From Phoronis australis (taxonomy: Eukaryota > Animalia > Phoronida), in contig NMRA01000099.1 of assembly GCA_002633005.1 (NCBI GenBank), positions 156,555-220,554 on the forward strand: a stretch of 64,000 nucleotides of DNA, read 5' to 3'. Of the stretch, positions 13,011 through 24,769 are shown piece by piece (position 1 is the first letter of the stretch; each line of letters starts with the position of its first letter). A program made the position numbers and the translations under genes. The notes beneath the pieces were generated by a model, which was given only the letters and a program-made list of their open reading frames with translations, was not told the DNA's origin and did not search any database.

Positions 13011-14609
13011 GTGTGCTTTTGAGGCGTGCAGGGTCTAAGTGGAGGGGGTAGGGAGGGGAATTCCCCTTCCCTCTGAGGGGAAAAATTGTAATCCATATAA
13101 AATAGGTTATTTTCCTTGCATTTTAGCACATTGTTTGCCTTTTTCTTGTTCAAACGATGCCAAAGAAGAAAACTAAACATACAAGGCTTGCTTCATTCAG
13201 GATGTGTGCAGAGTCACCATACTGCAAAAAAATAAAGATCTGTAAATCTTTTTTGTACGGTAATCTGTGTAGAGCTGTATGTTAGACAGACAATTCGCAG
13301 CATGACCTCAGAACTCAAAAGAAGTGAAGTGTACTTTATTGCAGATGAGCACTACTAAGTTAGCAACGGAACAACGCAATCATACTAAGAACATAATAGT
13401 AAAAACAGACGGCTATAGTCTCTAATCACAAGTTCTGTCTGAATATTCATCGATCTAAAACAACGAAATTGTAGGTTTCAATAACATTTAATGATCAGAA
13501 ATATTAAAATTATTCATTTAGCAGTCATTTATGCCGAGGTTGTCTAGGAAACAGGCCACCTTTTCTCTGTCTTCGCTGTGCTGTCCAAGTCGTCATTTTT
13601 TAAAACTGATCATCCCAATGACAGCCATGACGGCCGCTAGATGAGTCCCTGCCCCTATCCAAAAACAACAACTGTGAAAGCTAAGCCCCACTAAATCATC
13701 AGTACAGCTTTTTACAAAAAAAAAACGATCCAAAACAAGACTATGATAATTAGCATCACTTTAAAGATCAGGACAAATAAAAAACTGACAATTTGGGAAA
13801 TTTATCGGTGCGAAATACTTGAAGAATTTGTGTAAAACTACTTAGGGAGTCCCAAGCAATATGCGTGTGCCTGATACTACAATACTCCATTACCATCAGC
13901 ATAATCATATTACACCTACATTTGATTGACAGTGGTAATGATAATTTAAACGCCAAAATGATATCTTTATTTTGATTGCATTTTTGCTTTTAATAAATTG
14001 CATTGACTATCCCAATACAGAGACTTGATATAGACAACAGAGGAAATGAGAGCAGACACCTTGAGTCTGTGACAGTTGTTAACTTCAAAGCCTGATAATT
14101 GCTCAACATTAAAGCCCCATTAACCCTGTGCTTTCACTTAAAAAACTTTTAATATAAGCCATTTACCATAACAGTGCTCTTATCTTGTTCCTTAATCAGT
14201 TCAGTTGTGATTTCTAGACTTGGGAACAACTGACACATCATTATTTCTTCAAACCAAATTCATCAACAATCAGGTCATTTATTATCAACTGCTAGTTCAT
14301 TGCACCCTGAGACAATTTCTAAACTGAGTTTGAAACAAGATAAGACAAATTTCATACATTTGGTAAGTGCCTAAATCAAAGCTCGTTTTTTGACAGACAG
14401 CATGTTTAATGTCCCTTAAAATAAACTATTTGAAAACCCTTATGGTTCAGTTTTTTGAATGAGCAAAAATTTTGAACATAAGAATAAGCATAGGCTATAA
14501 CTACAAAGAACCGCCGAATCTGTAAATTCTCAACATCACAGATATAAATGCACACAAGCCGTAATGTCCTTATCCAATAGCAGTACCCACAAAGTACATC
14601 ACCTGACTG

Positions 14610-14710
14610 CAACTGGTTGTTCATCATGAAGAGAATCCTACATTGATACCCTCGACCAGTTAGCATTCCGCAGAATCTGCAGAAAAGATCTGAGACACCT
14701 AGCAGTTGCA
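14610..14710 (+). repeat. Old dispersed repeat fragment, second copy at ~22330-22450
   Basis: Shared catcatgaa.agaatccta..ttga.acc...cagaatctgc...agatc..agacacc. Confidence 0.55.
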
Positions 14711-16668
14711 AGGCCCTCTCATACTTTCAGAAACTATGCTTTATGACGACTACTCTCCATAACGCTGTAGTTAGGAATTGTTCTTAAAATGTTTCACATA
14801 ATTAGCATGAAGGACTTTTTAAAATAGGACATTTATGGTTTTAATGAAAAACGAAAACGAAATGATAAGTGATAAAACTGTAATAGCATTCTTCAGAATT
14901 CATCTTGAACGTTAACACCAAACAAACTTTGATCAATTGTGAGAGTCATCACCTACGTACCCGCATATATTTCAACAGGCTGTTAAAGCACCTGAAATTT
15001 GATTAATAGTTTGAAGTAGCACATTTATATGCCTCTGAAAGTGCACATACTACTCTAGCTTTAAATAAGACAACAGAAAGCACTTAACCCAAACATTAAT
15101 AAAAGAAATTGATTACATGTGACCAAGGCTCATTGCTATCACATTAATCAATTTGAAAGGCTCTGAGAATCACCAAGAGCGGCCCTGTTTTTTTTTGCAC
15201 AGAAACTGAATGGAATTCAAGCTCAAAACCGCTATTATAAGCTGCCCTATGTTCTGGTGTTAAAACCATCAACTCCCTTCACTGGAACATTTAATATTCC
15301 AAAGCAACATCATTCATTGCATTCTGACCCTTTGTTTCAACTGAAATTGGAGAAGCAGTTGGCAAAGCCATATTGCCTCAACATAACAGGAAAAAATACC
15401 AGTCTCGGCAATTTTCCAGAGGTTGAAACGCTTGACCTTTACAAGGAGTCATTTTTGTCAGTGGTCAGTGGGTATTTACCTTGTATGGCAAACATCAGAA
15501 ATAATTGATGACCAGTATACCCCATCATGACATTCTTTGACACAGCACCCTTGGTTGTTGATAGCAACCCTAGGCATGCTTTTGATGACATCAGTTTCAA
15601 TTTGAAGTACTCCCAATCTATTAGCCCGCAATGTTCCTCAGCAATTTCACCAGTTCAATTTGTTATACAATTTTTCAGTAAAGGATTGAACTTTTCCTCA
15701 CTGATAAAGCCTGCCCAGCTCACAAATGGGTCAACACGGGTGAAAAAATGCCACAAAACAGAAAGCCGTCATCCACTTAAGAGTGAAACTTCTTAAGCTG
15801 TTTTTTTTTATTATTATATTTTTAATTCACACTCTGTGAAACTTATAGGGATCTCAGTAGGTGGGCATTTAAAGTTGAGCATGGTCAGTTAAAAAGAAAA
15901 AAGAAGTCATTCAACTGTCGACAGACCTTAACTGCAACAACCCCTACAGAGTTTTGACGTTGGCCTTTATGTACAGGTCTGGAGTCCAGTAAAACATCAA
16001 CGTATTGTAGACAGTGTTGAAAGGAACTTAGCATCTAGAACAAAGTAATGTAATGTAAATTTAGGCAAAAAATTTGAGGCAAATACTGGACTTTGCTTCC
16101 CTGAGTTAGCGACATTGCGTCCGCCTCTCACAGACTTTAGATGGGCTACTCAGAGTGACGGTATTGTTCTGGCAAATAGGTGACGATTTAACCAGATGAC
16201 GCAGCATCGAGGTCAGGACAGTTACCCCATACTTGTTAATTAATGTATTTTTAAATTTTCCAATGCAAACTTTTGACACGTTATGAGCTGGCAAAGCGGT
16301 GATCACACCAATGCTTTCATCTTTTTTTGTCATTTGACTTACATTTGCAGTGTTCACTGTAGGTGTTATGGGAATTCATTACTTATTTAACACAAAATAG
16401 GTCCAACAAGCGAAATTCTATTTTGCCAAATTTCTTCACAAATAATAAACATTAGTTGGTACTGTGTGGATGTCATAAAACCTTTCATTTGGTTTCCACT
16501 GCTTGTAGGAAAGAAATCAATCTTGATAGACGGAATGTGACAATTTTGACAATTTATTTTGTGACTATCTTGGTAATCGAGAGTTCTGTTTCTTAACATA
16601 TTTTCTAAAATACTAGCTTTTGATTCATGAAAACATGTTTTGAAATCTATGGTGAACACAGAAATGTA

Positions 16669-16827
16669 CCAATAACTCACAGGTTAACGCCCCGGGCACT
16701 TAAATTGAGAAACCTTGAGACAGGGGCTTGGGGAACAACCCAAGCAGTGGGAGCTTAAACCGAAAATTGGCAAAAAGTCCGGGATCGGTGATTACACCGG
16801 CGTGGACATTAACCCACAAGTTTTCGG
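16669..16827 (-). mobile_element. ~160-bp mini-MITE, internal deletion derivative of the 28557-33272 element
   Basis: TA-flanked. Its two halves are reverse complements of the 33200-33272 and 28557-28640 ends. Confidence 0.7.
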
Positions 16828-17233
16828 TATAAGCACAAAACTAATGTATGCATGGTTATCACATGGAAATGTGTTTTTTTAAATTAAGATTTTTCAAATG
16901 GCTGCAAATTGCAGAGATGTAAAAATTCATGCCAAAACATGCATGCTAAATATTTATTTACGATTTTAGCTACAAAAGAGTCTGGGATTTGAATAGTCCT
17001 TAGCCTGAGATCAGGCCCATCTTGTCAAAAATGAAGACTTCTGGTTAGTCTAAATCATCTTTGACAGCCGAGATCTTAGACAGGTTTTAAGTTAATTTAA
17101 GGAACAGGCAGAATTTGCAGATTTCATGCAAACACTTTTATCCCTGTTGCAATTTAGGCTGTAACTTGGATCATATTTCGAAAATACTTGAAGAAATGCA
17201 ATCTTTGGTAATGAATGCAGTAAGTTGTCTGAA

Positions 17234-17353
17234 TTATTTTTTGTATTTCAGGGTGACATTAACAAAAGTGCAGAAGCCAGAGACTTTGGAACCGTCCCCG
17301 ACATGGTAAAGGACGTCCAAGAAGTCCACCAACACACACAGAGTGTAGCCTGA
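17234..17353 (+). promoter_or_regulatory. Probable splice acceptor starting the GPCR coding exon (exon from 17252), plus a 16-codon uORF (17303-17353)
   Basis: ttattttttgtatttcAG|G ends at 17251. gacATGG at 17303 is in frame with the main ATG and stops at TGA 17351-17353. Confidence 0.6.
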
Positions 17354-17482
17354 TTGACTGCTAAAAGTTCCCAACGAGCAAACGGTAAACACAAGCATTA
17401 TCACCTCCTGGACAGTAGGACGGGTAATTGAGCGAACCATACACAACAAATAACCCTAGGAACAGAGTGTAACTGATTTACA

Positions 17483-18520
17483 ATGGCTGACACTCCACAG
17501 AACGGTACAAGAGTGGCAACATACCACTATGTGGAAAATCTCAACGCCTCAATCGACAAAGTGATCATTTACGGATACGTAGCACCAGCTTTAGCCATCG
17601 TCACGTTCATAGCCAACATTATCATATGCGCCGTGCTATACAGGATCCACAAAAACACTCCAACCAATTTGTTTTTGATCGCCATAGCTGTGTTTGACGC
17701 TCTAACAGGAATTATGAACACCCCTTGTTCCATTTACATCTACATGCTGGGGCACTATCGGGACTACATACCCTATGACTGGTGCTTCTGCACTCAACCC
17801 CTCAAACTTGCGGCGGTTTTCCACACGTCCTCAATCTATCTAACTGTGATGTTAGCCATACAGAGATACATGGGGATTTACAATTCAACACTAATGAGGC
17901 GGATATTCTCTCCGAGGAAAACCCTCATCTACATCTTCGTCATACTCAGTGTTGCCATGGCGTTGTTAGCGGTGATGTTCTTCCAAGAAGAGTACAAGCC
18001 TGCGGAAATTCCTTCCAAACTCAACTCCAGCGTAATGATCTCCGCCTGCCAGCAATGGAGCAAAACATGGAACACGCAGCATTATAGAACCGTCTTCAAC
18101 AGTATGCGAGTTGTCTTCATACAGGTAATACCCTGTATTCTACTCGCCATATTCAATGTATTACTCATTCGCTCCATAAACAAGGCTAAAAAGCTTCGGA
18201 AAGAATTGAGCCCCTCTTATAATAATACTCGCTATCGCCTTTGTCGGCCAAGCAGTGGCAGCACACGCATGACCACAATGTTGATTGTAATCATCACTAC
18301 AACTCTGATCGCGGAGATCATCACCACCAGCAATTTGCTCGTTCATGCCGCTGATGAGCAAAATCCAATTCTGGATGACTTTACGACTGTGTCCAACGTA
18401 ATAGTTTTCATTAGCTATCCAACAAACTTTGTCGTTTATTGCACGATGAGCAAACGGTTCCGCAAAGGATTTAACAGTTTGTTTCTCCTCAGCGGCAAAA
18501 CGTCAACGAACTACTCTTAA
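17483..18520 (+). CDS. Class A (rhodopsin-like) peptide GPCR, sex peptide receptor / myoinhibitory peptide receptor-like; single coding exon, 345 aa
   Basis: Seven hydrophobic segments. SPR-family motifs: YGYxxPxLxxxTxxAN (TM1), TPTNxxL..D (TM2), FHTSSIYLTxxLAxQRY (TM3), RVxFIQxIPC (TM5), TTMLIV (TM6), SYPxNFxxYCxMSxxFR (TM7/H8). N-terminal N-glycosylation sequons NGT and NAS. Strong Kozak context (acaATGG). AATAAA at 19029 and 19439. Confidence 0.93.
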   Translation: MADTPQNGTRVATYHYVENLNASIDKVIIYGYVAPALAIVTFIANIIICAVLYRIHKNTPTNLFLIAIAVFDALTGIMNTPCSIYIYMLGHYRDYIPYDWCFCTQPLKLAAVFHTSSIYLTVMLAIQRYMGIYNSTLMRRIFSPRKTLIYIFVILSVAMALLAVMFFQEEYKPAEIPSKLNSSVMISACQQWSKTWNTQHYRTVFNSMRVVFIQVIPCILLAIFNVLLIRSINKAKKLRKELSPSYNNTRYRLCRPSSGSTRMTTMLIVIITTTLIAEIITTSNLLVHAADEQNPILDDFTTVSNVIVFISYPTNFVVYCTMSKRFRKGFNSLFLLSGKTSTNYS

Positions 18521-21500
18521 AAATGTATGATAGGTAGGACGTATTATTCTGCCACAGACATGAAGTGGTCTTCTTGTTTTGGCCGGTACACTCCAGGTAA
18601 GAAATGATTGCCGATTCGTTCGACAGTCATGAAAATCACTAGAAGCTGAGCAGTTAAGGTGATACAAGCTTACAGCAAAAAGCAGTGCACTATTTAATGG
18701 TTGACATGTCCATATATGGTCGAATTGTAAGAGCAAGTACATGATATGCAGGTACATGGCAACTGGGAAAAACGCAGACAGGAAGGACAGTGCCTGAAAC
18801 TGACGTAGGGCATGCATTGAAATATTGAAACGTCATTTCAACATAATCCACATCAAAATTGTTGACCTTCAACTTCAGTTTTGATGGTAGAAAGTCAAGG
18901 CAACAACACGAATGTGTGCCCAAAACCTGTCTTTTGTCGAAAATAACTTTTTATTAATTGGAGACTGTTGTGGTTCAGACTTCTTTATACCTGCGTGAAG
19001 GAGAGGACGTGGAGAAAACCAACTGGAAAATAAAGAAGGGAATGCCTTTGAAGAAGCAGCTTAATTATTTCAGACTAATGGAACTGACTGAGGCACATCA
19101 AATTCTCTGACAGGAGATTGCATAACACCCACTGCAGTGTAAGGGCAAGTCTTTGTTGAGGACCTCTGCTGGGAAGCTAACATTCAGGCTCAACAGGAAC
19201 CATAGTTTGAACTTTACTGTAGTCACAATAAGTTCAAAGTGTCATGGCCTGTAGTCGAACCACTGTCATTGAACCATTGACCTTTGAACCTTAGTACTGT
19301 CAGATCCTACTGAATACTTAGGGTTAGGATACAAGAAGGCAGTCTCCTGGTAGTTGCAAGTAAATTGAGCCATTTCTTTGAGTATTTGTGTTATAACCAA
19401 AATAATGAACAATCAGCAGAGAAACATCCAAAATGTATAATAAATGTTTCAATTGCTTATTCAATAATTTACTACTTCAATATGCATGACTTGCCCGTCT
19501 TTCCTCTTGGCTGGCCATAGTGAGTCCATGAACTGAAAACAGGTTCTGATTCACCACTAAGCCACAGGTAACAAACAGGGTTACTACCATCATTCTTTAC
19601 TTATTTAGCGCATGTTATGGCTGGCAAGTGAAATTCTGTTTTGCTAAATTTCTCCAAAAGGTAACAACGTTTCCATTATATGTAAAAAGGTTCATAGACA
19701 TTGAAACAAATGGAAAATAACCATTTCGGCAAATATTTATGAGCGACAAAAATTGACAATATCAGTAATTTTTGTGAATGCATGGACCAACCTGAAATAG
19801 AACTCAGTACATTCATTAGATACGCAATTAAAGAGAATCAGTAAAATTTCATCAATATAGAAAACAATAGGACAAACGCGTGAAAATTTATTTTTTCATG
19901 TTGTTGATAAAAGATAAGGAATACCAATTAAATTCCTTATCATTTTAAAGTTTTATACTAGAGCTACATATTCGGACAGTGTTAGAAGAAATGTGTACAT
20001 TCATAACAATGTTAAGACATTAAGCATTTTACTCTGAAACATAGCTTGTGGCGTACACTGGGCAAAATAGATTACTATGAAAGGTTTTAGAAACTAATCA
20101 TGGTCAATTATGGTAATTATTTTTGTCTGAAATTAGTGAGAATTTACCACTATTTGGGCCACATGCTGTGGTTTAGAACAAGCAAAACGAGATTCTTAAA
20201 AAAGAAAAGGTTAATTTGCTAAAACAATATTCCTGTTATGCATCAATTCAGGACTTCCGCAGTAGAAGAGAGTGGTGAGGATATACCTCAGATATGGCAT
20301 TCATTAATTAAATCACGAGTGGTCATCATCAAGTTCATCTCGAGCAAAAATACGACAATGCTCATGAGTTACGCAGCATGAGGAAAACCAAAAGCACATA
20401 AAACGCGTAATTTGGAAGACCTTACTGCGCAAAACTATTCTCTTTTCAAGCAATCTCTCACATGTGAACGGGTGAACAGCTGATGAAGTACCCAATTGGC
20501 AAACCTTTTGAAACTAAAGAACATTACGCAGCAATTTCGGACAAAAAATCAGTGCTAAAATAGCCATTTTTATTCTCCAAAGGCTCCTAAAATTTTGTGA
20601 GTCAGCGATTTTTTAAAATATAATTTGCCTGACGGTAGCAGTGGTACACCCTTGAGCATGTAAAAGCACTGTTTTACTGACAATATCATCTATTGAAAAA
20701 AAATAAAAATAAAGTTTTACCTGTCCACCATATTACGTCCTAAATTAGTAAATTTTACCGACCCATCAAATGATTTAATTCCACAATCAACATATAACAA
20801 AACATTGTTGTGTTCCAAATAAACCCAGACATGCTTCCGTTGAGGCAGGCATTCAGAAAGCAGAGGGGGTTGATCACATAGAACCAGTGGCTCATTTTGC
20901 CACCACGTGGCACCAGAGGTTACTTCGTATTGACCAGGTGTCATAGGGAAACAGTTGAATTCATGAAAACACCCTTTTACAATGTATGTGATTAGACGTC
21001 ATGCGTTTTAAGTCATTAACTCCCTTGTAGTCTACTAAAGATCACTCAGGTATCTGGTCCCACATGATCAAATGCCACGTTCCTACTTAGAAATCTCTTG
21101 TAGACTGATCATATAGAACTGAACTTTCTTAATTTGTTGTTCTTTCACCCTGTTGAGTAAGAAAAATGTGTGAACAAGGTAGTTGCTATTCAAGATTGTT
21201 ATCTTTCAGTGTATAGTTTGTACTGCTTTTATGACAGTAATATTTAGAAGATGAAATATTTAAAATTGGTATAACCCCTATATGTCTAGAGATTGCATTC
21301 AAGTATTACCTAGAGCACTAATTGAAATTCACATTAAGTAACAAATATATTTTTTATTTACAAAAGACATACTTTAGTTCAGAAATTAAGAATTTCCTGA
21401 AAAAGAGTGGAATGGTCTTATTTATCAAGCTTTGGTACAAAACATTTATTTGATTCTAATGTTTCGTAAATCATTAGCAACATCACAGTGAAAAATGATC

Positions 21501-22971
21501 AAAAATATCACTTTAATGTCATCTCATGTAGATTCTTTACAGAAGACTTGGTTTTGTAAATGTTTATTTTCCAAACAATTGCATTTTTTCTAGATTGGAA
21601 GGTGAATTGAACGTCCTCTAATTACCAAGTGTCCTATACGCTGCATTTTAATTGTTCACTCAATGATCAGGACAAAGTCAGCTGTTTCTTCTTTTCTTTT
21701 TTATGAACAAAGCCCCAGAAATCGCTTTCGCATTATATCCAGGTTTTCATTCATTCCCTTGCATACAATCATAAGTAGTAAGACCGAGCTAAGGAGTAGG
21801 GACACCTTTACGCAATGCTCGATTGTCTGCATTAAACCCAGGGTTCATACCCAGGACTCCTAAACGGAGCCACACAGTCTGCTCGACGTCACTGGCTCCT
21901 CACTTCTGTCTGGATTTCAATTACAGGGAGTCAAAAAAAAAGGTTTCACAATTGCTCAGGGCATCCATTGACCGATGACACATGACTGCATTTTGATGAC
22001 CCCAAGTCAAATTGCTGTTATAGTTTGGTATGTTAATGTAAAGACATAGGTCTACAATCAAAGAGTATTATATATCTAACATGAAATATCATGCTAATGA
22101 GCCCCCAGATTTGCTGGTAGTAAGAAAAGAGACACCCGTGCTTATTTGTTCACTTTATTTTTGTGTTCAAAGTCTGTCCAAACACTGAAGAGCGTCTAAA
22201 TTTGAGTCTGAGGATGTCCATGCGGATGTCCTGAATGCCCTTATAAATGAAGGTCTGCATCGCAGCTTAAGAAAAAAATATTGGTAACAATCACAAATTT
22301 CAAAAGATTTCTGCTTAGTAAAGACAAAAATCATCATGAAAAGAATCCTATGTTGACACCTCAACCGGTCAAGATTCAGATTGGACAACTCAATTGGCTT
22401 GCACACCACAGAATCTGCCAGTTTAGATCAAAGACACCATGCTGTTGTGGTTAATTAAATCATCTCAGGTTGCTGATGTTATCATTCTTTAGATAACGAG
22501 ACTGCCCATTGGGGGCGACAATGGTATTTTAAATTTTTGTTTTGAAAATTTCGAAATAGCATATTTGAATAGTTCATGCAAAGCATACAATTAGGTTTCT
22601 GAATTTTGAAAACTGGATAAGAAATGTGAGTTTGACAACCTAAAGCATTTGTTTAATGTTCCTCATTAATTCTGCTGGGTGTGCAACAAAATTGGGCTAA
22701 CTACCAAACCACCAGGCAGCAGTTCAATTCTGAAGTAAGCCAACTGTCACGTACAACTCTTGGCATGAATAGGAAGGTACACATGAGCCGCATTTACAAG
22801 CGGAGACAGCTGGCATGGTGCAGCTAACATGGGACAGCTGATCAGGTGCAAGTGTGGGTGTGAACACAGCTGACACAGAGCAAGTCACACTGCAGCCGTA
22901 AATTTTTTGACACTGTTTTAATGGGTAGAGCGAGTTGCTCTTGATCAGTTGCTCTAGTTTCAACTACATGT

Positions 22972-23212
22972 CTAAATACAACTGGGACAGGGTGGAAAGG
23001 GGTCATCTTTCAATGTGCTTGCGCAATAGCGTATATTCGGGTGATCAGCTGGCAATCCATGTGGTTTGAACATTCGCTATTGTTTATGCGAACAAGCGCA
23101 GGTAGTCTTCGTTCTAGTAACTCATGCTGATCCAGTTTACAATTTAATGTCGTGTAAATGCGCTATGACAACTGACACGATGACACTTGTCTCTCGTGTA
23201 AAAGCAGCTATG
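22972..23212 (+). repeat. Dispersed repeat, second copy at ~54241-54500
   Basis: About 240 bp collinear (ctaaayacaactggg...tctctcg..taaaagcagct). Confidence 0.85.
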
Positions 23213-23984
23213 GAGAGAAAAATAATTAAAAAAAACAAATAGACTTAATATTGGTTGGTTGACACTAATAACACTAAGATGTCAATCTACCACAATAAAT
23301 GATTTTGAATACTCAGTTCTTTCACGATTATGTCATGACAGCTGAACGAATGCCAAATTCATTGTCAAAGTAGTCTTCCCTCTTGAAAATGGGGAAATGG
23401 TATTTTGGCTGATTACTTTAGCCTTATAGTATTACGAGGACTAAGATTGTGGAAACACAGCTTGTTTTTCGGAAAGAACATGAAATCAGATGAGTTATTC
23501 TCGATACTCATATAGCAGAGAATCAGACAGCTGCGATAGCCGTTGGAATGATCTAACCACAGAAAGAGAAATCAGAAAAATCCGACCAGAAACTGCGAAG
23601 CTATGGCTCTGCAAACAGAAAAAGGGGAAAATGGCTGCCACAGTGCCATCTTGTTTTGAATTTCAACAAAAAACACTAGGATTCGATCCATTCATGAGAT
23701 ATCTGTTGTGTATAAATTTCACTTTGATCCGATAGGAATTGTGTTCGAACAAGAAACAAACAAGAAACTGTCAAACTTTATGACAAAGCAACATACTTAT
23801 TACTTAGTAAATATTAGAGAAAAAACCATGCTGTATGACAGTGTACAGTGGAATCAGAATGTTTTTGTAGTTGTGCCTAATGCAGAACAAAATATGGCAT
23901 AACAAAGACATAATGACAATAATAAAAATAGCAATAATAATAACACTAAGAAGAGGGAATTTTAAATGTTTTATGATTTTTTTA

Positions 23985-24476
23985 CCATTCCCATAATTAT
24001 TACCATTGCCATGATTATCACCATTATTATTAACATTACTACCAATACCATTAGTACCATTAACACTATTATTATTACTATTGCCGTGATTATCACCATT
24101 ATTATTAACATTACTACCATTACCATTAGTACCATTATTATTATTACTACCAATACCATTATTATTAACATCACTACCGTTACCATTAGTACCATTATTA
24201 TTATTATTACTACCATTACCATTAGTACCATCATTACTATTACTACCAATACCATTATTATTAACATCACTACCATTACCATTAGTACCATTATTATTAT
24301 TACTACTAATACCATTATTATTAACATTACTATCATTACCATTAGTACCATTATTATTAAGATTACTACCATTACCATTAGTACCATAATTATTACCATT
24401 GCCATGATTATCACCATTACTAATAACATTACTACAATTAACATTAGTACCATTACCACTACTATCATTATTACCA
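23985..24476. repeat. Triplet-periodic low-complexity array (ACC/ATT/ACT) with ~50-60-bp higher-order duplications
   Basis: Recurring taccattaccattagtaccattattatt. Open in three frames (N/G-rich, I/T-rich, V/M/I-rich). Confidence 0.92.
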
Positions 24477-24769
24477 CGTCTAAAAGGATTCCACACCATG
24501 ACTTGAATGATGGAGATAAAGTTTGAAAAAGGATAAAGAATGCTCTTCTCCATTATGTTATCGGTTTAGTACTTAATAAACAACACAGTCACTAAAGCGT
24601 TTTCTTCAATTATTATCCTTTATGCAAGGTGAAAGTCTTAAGTTTTCCCGTGCTTGCGTTTATAAAATTTGAAACAAGTTGGCTACAGGTACATAATAAG
24701 AGACCATACTCTAAACAAGATTATGAAGAGTTCTGGTAAAATCAGCTTGGCTAATACAGAAAAGAGCTA

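Noticed and set aside
17782-18361. ORFs overlapping the GPCR (17782-18087 +, 18161-18361 -)
   Set aside because: Shadow frames of the real CDS.
23966-24526. Ile/Thr-rich (+) and Val/Met-rich (-) ORFs
   Set aside because: They are alternative frames of the triplet repeat, are confined to it, and have implausible composition.
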